From positions 993 through 64,992 of the forward strand of contig JAYTTY010000234.1 of NCBI GenBank assembly GCA_043744795.1: DNA of 64,000 bases. Reading direction: 5' to 3'. The notes below the pieces were generated by a model. The model searched no databases, was not told where the DNA came from, and worked only from the letters and a program-made list of their open reading frames with translations. Position numbers and translations under genes: made by a program. Every line of letters starts with the position of its first letter. The stretch's first letter is position 1. The DNA is from Zavarzinella sp. GTDB lineage: Bacteria > Planctomycetota > Planctomycetia > Gemmatales > Gemmataceae. Below, one piece after another: positions 56,693 to 64,000 of this stretch.

Positions 56693-56881
56693 ATGGCGGA
56701 TACCATCAAGTCCAAGAATGAAGAAGCGGGCCAAGCGGCGAAGGATACGGCCGCGAAGGCCGGCGAAAAGATCAAGGAAGGGGCCGAGGCCGTGGCCGAG
56801 AAGGCCGGGGACGCGGCCCACGCGGCCGGGCAGACGGTGAAGGACGCCGGCCAGAAGTTGAAGGACAAGAGTGGCGCGTAA
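56693..56881 (+). CDS. Small LEA/CsbD-like stress peptide (62 aa)
   Basis: GGAG RBS, Ala/Lys/Glu-rich 11-mer periodicity, followed by a terminator. Confidence 0.75.
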   Translation: MADTIKSKNEEAGQAAKDTAAKAGEKIKEGAEAVAEKAGDAAHAAGQTVKDAGQKLKDKSGA

Positions 56882-56904
56882 CACGCCGAATGAATTTCTT
56901 CGCG

Positions 56905-56932
56905 GCGGCCCGCCTCAATGGAGGCGGGCCGC
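56905..56932 (+). terminator. Intrinsic terminator-like hairpin
   Basis: GCGGCCCGCCTC-AATG-GAGGCGGGCCGC 12-bp stem, then GTCGTTTC, 23 bp after the stop at 56881. Confidence 0.65.
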
Positions 56933-57148
56933 GTCGTTTCCCATGTCTGGGCGCCGTCCCACTCATCCCCGCGGGTCAATTCGCGGCCAGTTTTCGCGGA
57001 AAATGAGCGATGACTGTCGGGCGAAGACCGATCACCCGATTGCCCATGACCGCGCGCCCAACGTCTCTTGCCCGATTCCCCGGACCTTGGTATGAGGCGG
57101 CGGTTCCCCACCATCACTCAATGCAAAGGCAAGGCCGCCGTGACCCAG

Positions 57149-57655
57149 ATGACCGAAAGCGCCGCCGAGCGGCTGACCCCCGCCCGGGCCGCCGAACTGA
57201 CCAAGGTTCTCGACCTGAAATGCCAGTGGGAGGACATGCGCGTCGGCGCCAGTTACTCCGCCGCGCAGTTGCACACGCTGCAAAAGGCGTTCGAGACCTA
57301 CCGCGTCTCCATGCTGGCGTACACCGCCGGCGACCGGGGCGAGCCGATCCCGGACTTGTCGCCGAGCGGGCCGACCCGCTTGCGGACGTGGTGCCGGACC
57401 GTGCGGGCCGTGTTGAGCCGCGCGGGGGAGGCCGAGTGCCCGACCCACGTGGTGACGAAGGCATTCCGGGTGGCCGACCGCATCGCGGACCGCGTCCACG
57501 CGGCCCGGCCGGGCCGGGAAGACCCGACGAACATGGGCGGCGCGATTCGCCAGTTGGACGCGGTCATCGCGTGGTGCGAGGGCCTGGAAGCCGCCCGCCC
57601 CGCGCCGGAAGCGGTCGCCGCTTACGAAGTGGGGAAGATGAGCGCCGGAGTGTAG
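57149..57655 (+). CDS. Hypothetical protein
   Basis: ORF with host-like codon usage, helical; start uncertain (57068 or 57149). Confidence 0.55.
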   Translation: MTESAAERLTPARAAELTKVLDLKCQWEDMRVGASYSAAQLHTLQKAFETYRVSMLAYTAGDRGEPIPDLSPSGPTRLRTWCRTVRAVLSRAGEAECPTHVVTKAFRVADRIADRVHAARPGREDPTNMGGAIRQLDAVIAWCEGLEAARPAPEAVAAYEVGKMSAGV

Positions 57656-57793
57656 GTGGGGCCGGCGCGGGCGGGTCGCCCCTCCCGCCGCGGACAGCGT
57701 TCACGATGAATGGTATGGGGGAAATCACTTCCCCCGGTCGCGTCGGCGGGCAACGCCCGGAACACGATCGCCCGGTAATCGGCGGCGGCCCTT

Positions 57794-58354
57794 CTACCGC
57801 ACACTCTTGAGCTTGTCGCCGAGTTTCTCTTTGAGGGTCGCGTAGTCCTCGGCGCTCATGCCCTTCCCGCCGAAATAGACGGACTCGATCTTCGGCAGGG
57901 TCAGCATCGACTTGGGCAGCCGCGGGAGCGTGACGTTGGTCAATTCAAGGATCTTCAGCGCCGTGAGGCCCGCGAAGACGTCGTCCGGCAACGGGCCGAG
58001 TTGATCGCTGGAGATGATTAACTCTTCGAGGCTGGAGAGCTTCGCGAACACCCGCCCGCTGATCGCGGCCGGCTCGTTCGGCTCCCGGCCCTTGTGGAAG
58101 AGCGAGTAGAATCGCAGCTTTTTGAGTTTCGTCATGCCGGCGAAATCGTTGTTGTCGAAGGCCGGGATGTGGACGTGCGGGAGGCTCAACTCCGTCAGGG
58201 TCGCCAAGTCGGCCGGCGTCATGTCGGCCGACTTCTTCTTCAGAGCCGTCTCCAACGCGGCCGTTACGGTCTTCGACCGGGCGCCGATGTCTTCGGCGCG
58301 GGTTTGTTCGCCGGCGCAAAAAATCAAGCCAAGGGTGATCAAAAACGCTTTCAT
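57794..58354 (-). CDS. Secreted leucine-rich repeat protein
   Basis: Signal peptide MKAFLITLGLIFCAG; LRR units LTELSL, LKKLRF, LEELIISSDQLGPLPDDVFAGLTALKILEL. Confidence 0.8.
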   Translation of the reverse strand: MKAFLITLGLIFCAGEQTRAEDIGARSKTVTAALETALKKKSADMTPADLATLTELSLPHVHIPAFDNNDFAGMTKLKKLRFYSLFHKGREPNEPAAISGRVFAKLSSLEELIISSDQLGPLPDDVFAGLTALKILELTNVTLPRLPKSMLTLPKIESVYFGGKGMSAEDYATLKEKLGDKLKSVR

Positions 58355-58603
58355 GACCGGCCCTGCCGTCCGAGGAGAGTTACTACTCACCCTAACGGCG
58401 GCGCGCAACCGAGTCAAACAGAATCGCTCCCGGCTCCGGGTTCAACCACGCCACTTGGCCCCGGCGTCCTCCCCGTATCACGACATCCGCCGGGCGGACT
58501 TCGACCGGGACGTCCCACGGCGGCGGTCAGTGACTGTGCCGGTGGCCTTCGGAGACCCCGACGCCCCTTGAAGAACAGCCGCCAAAGCACAATGCGCGGA
58601 CCA

Positions 58604-58996
58604 CTATTTGGCGGCGCGGATGCGTGCCAGCGCCGCCGCCGCGTGGGCGCGGACGGCCGAGTCTTTGTCCTTCGCCGCCTCCTCAAACACCGCTTCGGCC
58701 GCGGCCGCCGGCGCCCCAATCTTGGAGAGGCCCAGCACCGCCGCGTCCCGGACCTTGGTGTCCCGATCCTTCACGGCCTCCATCAAGGCCGGGACCGCAC
58801 GGAGATCGACCGGCCCGACGTTGCCAAGAAAATCGGCGGCTTTCTTGCGAGTCTTCGGGTCGGGGCTTTTGACAGCCTCCAGCCAGTGGTCGACAGGCTC
58901 GCCGCTAAAATACTTCTCATTCGGCACATCAGACCGGCGACAACCGAAACCGAACAGGCACATGAAGAGCATCATCAAGAGGACTGCCGGTCGCAT
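58604..58996 (-). CDS. HEAT-repeat lipoprotein
   Basis: Lipobox-like FGFGC; PDPKTRKKAADFLG, DTKVRDAAVLGL, DSAVRAHAAAAL; start 1 bp after the DUF1559 stop. Confidence 0.8.
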   Translation of the reverse strand: MRPAVLLMMLFMCLFGFGCRRSDVPNEKYFSGEPVDHWLEAVKSPDPKTRKKAADFLGNVGPVDLRAVPALMEAVKDRDTKVRDAAVLGLSKIGAPAAAAEAVFEEAAKDKDSAVRAHAAAALARIRAAK

Positions 58997-58997
58997 G

Positions 58998-59957
58998 TCA
59001 CTGCCCCCCAGTGAAATCGCCGTCTGCCCTCGTTCCGACCGCCCAATACGCCAGCCGATCCGCCGGCGGAGGCGACCCCTTGACTCCGCCGGGGTTCCTG
59101 ATGAACCGCACGGAGCCGTCCCCAAAAACGTGGTTCGCTCCCCCGGTGTGGAAGCTAGACGGGTCGTCCGTGCCGCCGTCGTTCGACTGGTCGTTCGTGG
59201 CGTTGATGACGTTGGCGTGCAGCAGGCCAAAGAGGTCCGGGTCGAAGTCCATGTTCGGGTTCACCAAGTACGCCGGGTTTTTCTGGCCGAGGCGCATCCT
59301 CGCGCCGGGCAACGCCCCGGCCCAAGTTCCTTGAGTGATCCCACACGCCCGTTCCGCAACGAAGGCCGTGTGGCTGGTCCCGTCCGTGATGTCGGCGATC
59401 CTCGTCATGCTGTTGCGGTAGAAGCAGCCGTGGAATTGGCCGTTGTCGTCGCCGGTCGTGACCTCCGTTTCGTCGCCGCCGACGAACGCGGCGTAACTGC
59501 ACGGGGCGGCCATGACCCCCGACAACGGGCCGCCGCCCGGCCCGTACACCTGAAATAGCGCCGTCTGGATGTCGGACGGGCAAGAGTAACCCTTGACCTT
59601 CTGGCGCAGGACGGGCGACGCGGTCACGGGCTGGCTCTGGTTCGCCTGCCGGAAGAGGTTGTCCTGTTCGATGTAGGGGAGGATGTAGAACGACCACCCC
59701 CACCCGGGGCTGGTATCGCCGCCCGGCCCGGCGACGGCCGTGAACCCCGGCGGGAAGACTTGGTTGGTGTCGTGGTGATTATGGAGGCCGAGGCCGATCT
59801 GCTTGAGGTTATTGGTGCAGCTCATGCGGTTGGCCGCTTCCCGGATCTTCTGGACGGCGGGGAGGAGCAGGCCAATCAGGATGGCGATGATCGCGATCAC
59901 CACGAGGAGTTCGATCAGCGTAAAAGCGGGGCGGCGGGCGGGTGACGGGTCCGGCAC
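58998..59957 (-). CDS. DUF1559 prepilin-type N-terminal cleavage protein
   Basis: [52 protein letters not shown]9-DG motif ([12 protein letters not shown]). Confidence 0.95.
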   Translation of the reverse strand: MPDPSPARRPAFTLIELLVVIAIIAILIGLLLPAVQKIREAANRMSCTNNLKQIGLGLHNHHDTNQVFPPGFTAVAGPGGDTSPGWGWSFYILPYIEQDNLFRQANQSQPVTASPVLRQKVKGYSCPSDIQTALFQVYGPGGGPLSGVMAAPCSYAAFVGGDETEVTTGDDNGQFHGCFYRNSMTRIADITDGTSHTAFVAERACGITQGTWAGALPGARMRLGQKNPAYLVNPNMDFDPDLFGLLHANVINATNDQSNDGGTDDPSSFHTGGANHVFGDGSVRFIRNPGGVKGSPPPADRLAYWAVGTRADGDFTGGQ

Positions 59958-60144
59958 GGCGGGGTTTCCTTTGTGATTGAGTCGGCCGCCTCAACGCGGC
60001 AAGCGACGGCTCCCCGCAAAGCAACTGGCGTACCACGCACCATCCGTCGGCATAACGTCGCGAATCGTCCCACGCGCAAGTATTCGGTGGTCAAATGGTG
60101 GCCACGCCTGCTCGCGACGTTGCCAACGCAAACAGGGAGGGGGG

Positions 60145-61224
60145 TCAGTGGCTGTGCCGGTGGTGGATGTCCGGGTAGTGCGGGTGCGAGTGTCGCATCG
60201 GCGTGTGGCGGTGGGCGTGGGTGTGGGGTTCGCCGGGCGGGTCGTCCGGGCCGTGTTGGTGTTGGTGTTGGTGTTGGTCGTCGTGGACGTGGCGGTGGGC
60301 GTGGGACATTTCCACGTGGTCGTGTTCATGTTCGTGCCGTTCGGTCAGGTGCAGCCATACCCCGAGGCCCATGAGGGCCGCCGCCGCGAAGAAGCCCGCG
60401 GTCGGCGCCTCGCCCAGCAGCGGGACCGAGACGGCCGCCCCGACGAACGGGGCTAGCGAGAAGTACGCCCCTGTCCGCGCGGTCCCGAGGCCGCGCAGGG
60501 CGAGGATGAACAGCGTCAGGCTCACCCCGTAGCCGAGAAACCCCACGGCCCCGCACGCCAAGACGGTCAAGCCGTCCGGCATCTCGGCCCCGCGGGCCAT
60601 TGCAATCCCCACGTTGACGGCCCCGGCCGCGACCCCCTTGATCGCGGCGGTCTGGACCGGGTCGCCCGCCGACACTTTGCGCGTCAGGTTGTTATCAACG
60701 CCCCACGCCAGGCAGGCCCCGGCGACGGCGAACGCCCCCCACGGCAAGCCGACGTCCGGCCGCCCCTCCCACGACAGCAGGACGCCGCCGGCGGTGATCG
60801 CCGCCATGCCGAGGGCGATGCGGCGGTCAAAGTTCTCCCGGACCACGAACCACGCGAGGAGCGCGGTCAGCACGCCCTCCAAGTTCAACAGCAGCGAGGC
60901 GGACGAGGCCGGCGTGGCGGCCAGCCCGATCATGAGCAGCACCGGCGCGATCACCCCGCCGAACAGGATGGCCCCGGCGAGCCACTGGACATCGGCCCGC
61001 CGCAACGGGGCTTCCCGCGCGGCGTTTCGCTTGCCCGCCGCCCCGAGTTGTCGCCACGCGAATAGGCCGCACCCCGACCCGAGGTAGAGCAGGCCGGCCA
61101 AGAGGACCGGGTCCACGCGGCCGACGAGTAGCTTGGCGAACGGAGTGCTGCCCCCGAAGAGGGCGGCGGCCGTGAGCGCGTAAAGCACCCCGCTTGTGGC
61201 CGGTCTCGACGCTGACGTGTTCAC
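60145..61224 (-). CDS. EamA/DMT-family transporter with His-rich C-terminal tail
   Basis: About 10 hydrophobic helices, DNNLTRKVS, GTARTGAYFSLAPFVG; tail ending HSHPHYPDIHHRHSH; GTG start. Confidence 0.9.
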   Translation of the reverse strand: MNTSASRPATSGVLYALTAAALFGGSTPFAKLLVGRVDPVLLAGLLYLGSGCGLFAWRQLGAAGKRNAAREAPLRRADVQWLAGAILFGGVIAPVLLMIGLAATPASSASLLLNLEGVLTALLAWFVVRENFDRRIALGMAAITAGGVLLSWEGRPDVGLPWGAFAVAGACLAWGVDNNLTRKVSAGDPVQTAAIKGVAAGAVNVGIAMARGAEMPDGLTVLACGAVGFLGYGVSLTLFILALRGLGTARTGAYFSLAPFVGAAVSVPLLGEAPTAGFFAAAALMGLGVWLHLTERHEHEHDHVEMSHAHRHVHDDQHQHQHQHGPDDPPGEPHTHAHRHTPMRHSHPHYPDIHHRHSH

Positions 61225-61253
61225 AGGGAACTCCCTCCCAAGCACGAACGGGG

Positions 61254-61279
61254 GCCGGCCCCGCGTGGCCGGGGCCGGC
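61254..61279 (-). terminator. GC hairpin between the lipoprotein and EamA genes
   Basis: GCCGGCCCCG/CGGGGCCGGC 10-bp stem with no clear U-tract. Confidence 0.3.
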
Positions 61280-61298
61280 TTCGCCGCACATCAAACCG

Positions 61299-61808
61299 TC
61301 ACTCCTTGAATTCCCCTTGCGCCGGCTTGCCGTCAATCTCGCCAACGACATCGCCCTCGAATTCGGCGACGTTGCCCAGCCCGGGGTCCGTGCCGACGAA
61401 CTTGGCCGACTTGCCGTCCTTCGCGTCCTTCGGCAGCATCTTGATCGTCATCGGCGGGACGGCCTTTCCCGCCTCGGTCTTCGTCGCCTTGGTGGTGAGG
61501 GTCAGTTCTTTGGCGGCCACCGCCGTCGCCGTCTTCTCGTCCGCCCCGAGGATGAACAGCGTCGCCTCCGCCGTCTTGTGGTCCACGGTGAACTCGGCGT
61601 GGTACTTGCCGAGGTCGAAGATGACCCCGCCGTTCGGCCCTTTGCCGTGGGCGTGCTCGTCCGCGTGGCCGCCCTTTTTATCGTGCGACTTCGTCGGCTC
61701 GACCTTCGTCGGCTCGGCCTTCGTCGATTCGGCCTTCTTGTCGCACCCGGCCAGGCCGAGCGTCGCGGCCATCAGTCCGAGGCCCAAAAACTTCGCATAC
61801 GTCTGCAT
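61299..61808 (-). CDS. His-motif lipoprotein associated with heavy-metal efflux
   Basis: Lipobox LAGC; HDKKGGHADEHAHGKGPNGG...YHAEF; directly downstream of the CzcA/CusA-like gene. Confidence 0.75.
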   Translation of the reverse strand: MQTYAKFLGLGLMAATLGLAGCDKKAESTKAEPTKVEPTKSHDKKGGHADEHAHGKGPNGGVIFDLGKYHAEFTVDHKTAEATLFILGADEKTATAVAAKELTLTTKATKTEAGKAVPPMTIKMLPKDAKDGKSAKFVGTDPGLGNVAEFEGDVVGEIDGKPAQGEFKE

Positions 61809-61856
61809 TTCCGACTCCCATAGGTGAAAAAAACACATCGCCGGCGTCCTGCCCGC

Positions 61857-64000
61857 TTACGCTTCCCGCAGCAGGTCCTCGTCGGACCCTTCACTGCGGA
61901 CCAGCCTCTCGGCGTCCTTGCCGGAGAATTTCCAGAACAGGCCGGGGTGGATGAGGAACTCGCAGAACGTCGAGGTCATCAGCCCGCCTAAGATCACTGT
62001 CGCCACGGGGTACAGGATCTCCAGCCCCGGCTTCTTGCCGCCCACGACCAGGGGGACCAGGCCGATCCCGGCCGTCAGGGCGGTCATCAGCACCGGGGCC
62101 AGCCGTTCGAGGCTGCCCCGCAGCACGGTTTCCTTGGAGAAGGGCTGCCCCTCCTCCTTCATCAGGTGGAAGTAGTGCGTCACCAGCAGAATGCCGTTGC
62201 GCACCGCGATCCCGCCGAGCGACACGAAGCCGACGAGACTGGCGACCGTCAGCGTCTGGTTGGTCACCACCAAGGCCAGCACCCCGCCGATGAACGCCGT
62301 CGGGACGGCGTTCAAGATTTGCAGGGTGACGCGGGCCGACGGGTACAGCGTCATCAGGACGAGGAAGACGCCGGCCAAGGACACGCCGGCCAAAACGCTG
62401 ATGAGGCGGGTGGCCGACCGCTGGGCCTCGAACTGCCCGCCGAACTCCACGAAGTAGCCGTCCGGCATCTTCACCTGCGCCCGCACGACGCGCTCGATCT
62501 CGACGACGGCGCTTTCGAGGTCGCGGCCCGACACGTTGCACCGGACGACCTGCTTGCGCCGCGCGTTCTCCCGGTTGACGAGGTTCGGGCCGCTGGCGGC
62601 GGCCGGGAAGTCGGCCACCTCGCGGAGCCGAATCTGGCCCCGGCCGTCCGGCAGGTCGAGCCGTAATTCGCCCAATTGATAGGCGTCCGAGCGGAACGGC
62701 TCTTTCAGTTTCACGACGAGGTCGAACCGCCGCTGCCCCTCCAGCACGACCGAGACCGGCTCCCCCTTCAGGGCGGTCTGGACGAATTCGGCGACGAACT
62801 CCCGGCTCAGGCCGTGCAGGGCGAGGTCGTCGGGCCGCAGGACGATGTGGACCTCGTCCACCCGCTCCTGCGGGTCGATGATCGGCGGGGTCACGCCCGG
62901 CACCGTGGCGACCACGTCTCGGATTCGCCCGGCCAGTTCGCGGAGCTTGTCCAAGTCGTCGCCGTGCAGGATGATGGCGATCTGCGACCGGACCCCGGAC
63001 AGCATGTGGCTGATGAGGTGCGACAGCGGCTGCTCGGTCTCGATCTCGACGCCGGGGGCGGCGGCCCGGAGGTCCGCCAGGAGTTCCTTGAGGAACTCGT
63101 TCCGGCCGACCCCGGCGTCCGGGTTCATGGTCAGGATGTACTCGCCCACGTTCACCGGCTCGGCGTGCTCGTCCCGCTCGGCCCGGCCCGTCCGGCGGAT
63201 GAAGTGCAGGACCGGGCCGGTGGGGTTCTCAGGCGACTTCTGCATCGTCTTCAGCCGGGCGTCCACGAACACCGCCACTTGGTTCGACGCCTTCAGCGAC
63301 GACCCGCCGGGCAGGCCGACGTTGACTTGGACGCTCCCCTCGTCGAACTTGGGCAGGAAGTCGGCCCCGAGGCGGGACAGTTGCCAGACGCTCACGGCGA
63401 CCGCCGCCCACGTTAGCAGGAGCAGGACGCCGGCGTGTCGCATGCTGAAGCGGATGAGGAAGCCGGCGGCCCACTTCAAGCCCCGCAGCAGGGGGCCGTC
63501 CCGGTGGCCGCCGCCGGCGCCGCCCTTGGGCATCAGGTAGTACGACAGGACCGGGGTGACGGTGAGCGACACGACCAGCGAGGCCAGGATGGACACGATG
63601 TACGCGATGCCGAGCGGGATGAACAGCCGGCCCTCGACGCCGGACAGGGCGAACAAGGGCATGAACGCCAAGATCACGACCGCCGTCCCGAACACGATGG
63701 CCGAGCGGATTTCCCGGCTCGCTTGGTAGACGACGACGAGGGCGGGCTTCGGGTTGGCGGCCGCGCCGTTCTCGCCGAGCCGGCGGTAAATGTTCTCCAC
63801 GTCCACGATGGCGTCGTCCACCAACTCACCCATTGACACCGCGATGCCGCCGAGCGTCATCACGTTGATGGACAGCTCTTGACCGGTCAGGAACCCGATG
63901 AGGCGGAACGCCAGCGTGGTGACGACCAGCGACAACGGGATGGCCGTCAGGGTGATGAACGTGGTTCGGATGTTGAGCAGGAACAGGAACAGGACGATCA
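61857..64000 (-). CDS. CusA/CzcA-family heavy-metal RND efflux permease, 5' end outside the window
   Basis: INVMTLGGIAV..GELVDDAIVDVEN, PLFALSGVEGRLF, FLPKFDEG, GGQFEAQ, ERLAPVLMTALTAG; frame open to the window edge. Confidence 0.95.
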   Translation of the reverse strand, partial: IVLFLFLLNIRTTFITLTAIPLSLVVTTLAFRLIGFLTGQELSINVMTLGGIAVSMGELVDDAIVDVENIYRRLGENGAAANPKPALVVVYQASREIRSAIVFGTAVVILAFMPLFALSGVEGRLFIPLGIAYIVSILASLVVSLTVTPVLSYYLMPKGGAGGGHRDGPLLRGLKWAAGFLIRFSMRHAGVLLLLTWAAVAVSVWQLSRLGADFLPKFDEGSVQVNVGLPGGSSLKASNQVAVFVDARLKTMQKSPENPTGPVLHFIRRTGRAERDEHAEPVNVGEYILTMNPDAGVGRNEFLKELLADLRAAAPGVEIETEQPLSHLISHMLSGVRSQIAIILHGDDLDKLRELAGRIRDVVATVPGVTPPIIDPQERVDEVHIVLRPDDLALHGLSREFVAEFVQTALKGEPVSVVLEGQRRFDLVVKLKEPFRSDAYQLGELRLDLPDGRGQIRLREVADFPAAASGPNLVNRENARRKQVVRCNVSGRDLESAVVEIERVVRAQVKMPDGYFVEFGGQFEAQRSATRLISVLAGVSLAGVFLVLMTLYPSARVTLQILNAVPTAFIGGVLALVVTNQTLTVASLVGFVSLGGIAVRNGILLVTHYFHLMKEEGQPFSKETVLRGSLERLAPVLMTALTAGIGLVPLVVGGKKPGLEILYPVATVILGGLMTSTFCEFLIHPGLFWKFSGKDAERLVRSEGSDEDLLREA

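Noticed and set aside
60064-60111. Canonical NiCo riboswitch
   Set aside because: Only the terminal motifs resemble it; the interior is too short for the four-way junction. Kept only as a generic structured-leader candidate.
59977-60532. Thr- or Val-rich small ORFs overlapping the EamA 3' end
   Set aside because: They are alternative frames of the His-rich tail repeat
1-64000. tRNA, rRNA, transposase, integrase or prophage genes; DnaA boxes
   Set aside because: None were recognised by eye. A tRNAscan/Infernal/ISfinder run would be needed to exclude divergent cases.

Overview
High-GC bacterial DNA, inferred to be Planctomycetota (probably Gemmataceae) from DUF1559, BBP7 and LEPR-motif proteins and kinase-TM-TPR architectures. 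The left ~29 kb is mostly housekeeping and metabolic genes: truB (partial), phoH, hflX, kbl, a PP2C phosphatase, mog, Fe-ADH, a PhoD-family phosphatase, lptB, a coaB-like gene, a G8 protein and prpBCD. It also holds five unrelated REP/REPIN-like palindrome types and a near-perfect parS site. The centre is a ~27 kb minus-strand block. In transcription order it encodes an FHA-Ser/Thr kinase, then a membrane Ser/Thr kinase-TPR with four tandem T-[LI]-D-L repeats. Next come a ~5010 aa surface protein (6 SBBP propellers alternating with 5 SdrD-B domains, PPC domains, a clostripain-type protease, 3 lectin-like repeats), a 1723 aa FG-GAP protein and an orphan secreted protein. This block is the best candidate for an undescribed signalling plus adhesin/protease system. 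The right end has a RutE-like nitroreductase, a LEA-like peptide, LRR/HEAT/DUF1559 genes and a heavy-metal efflux cluster (His-tailed EamA, His-rich lipoprotein, partial CzcA/CusA). No tRNA, rRNA, CRISPR array or transposase was recognised. All family assignments come from motif recognition by eye, with no database searches.
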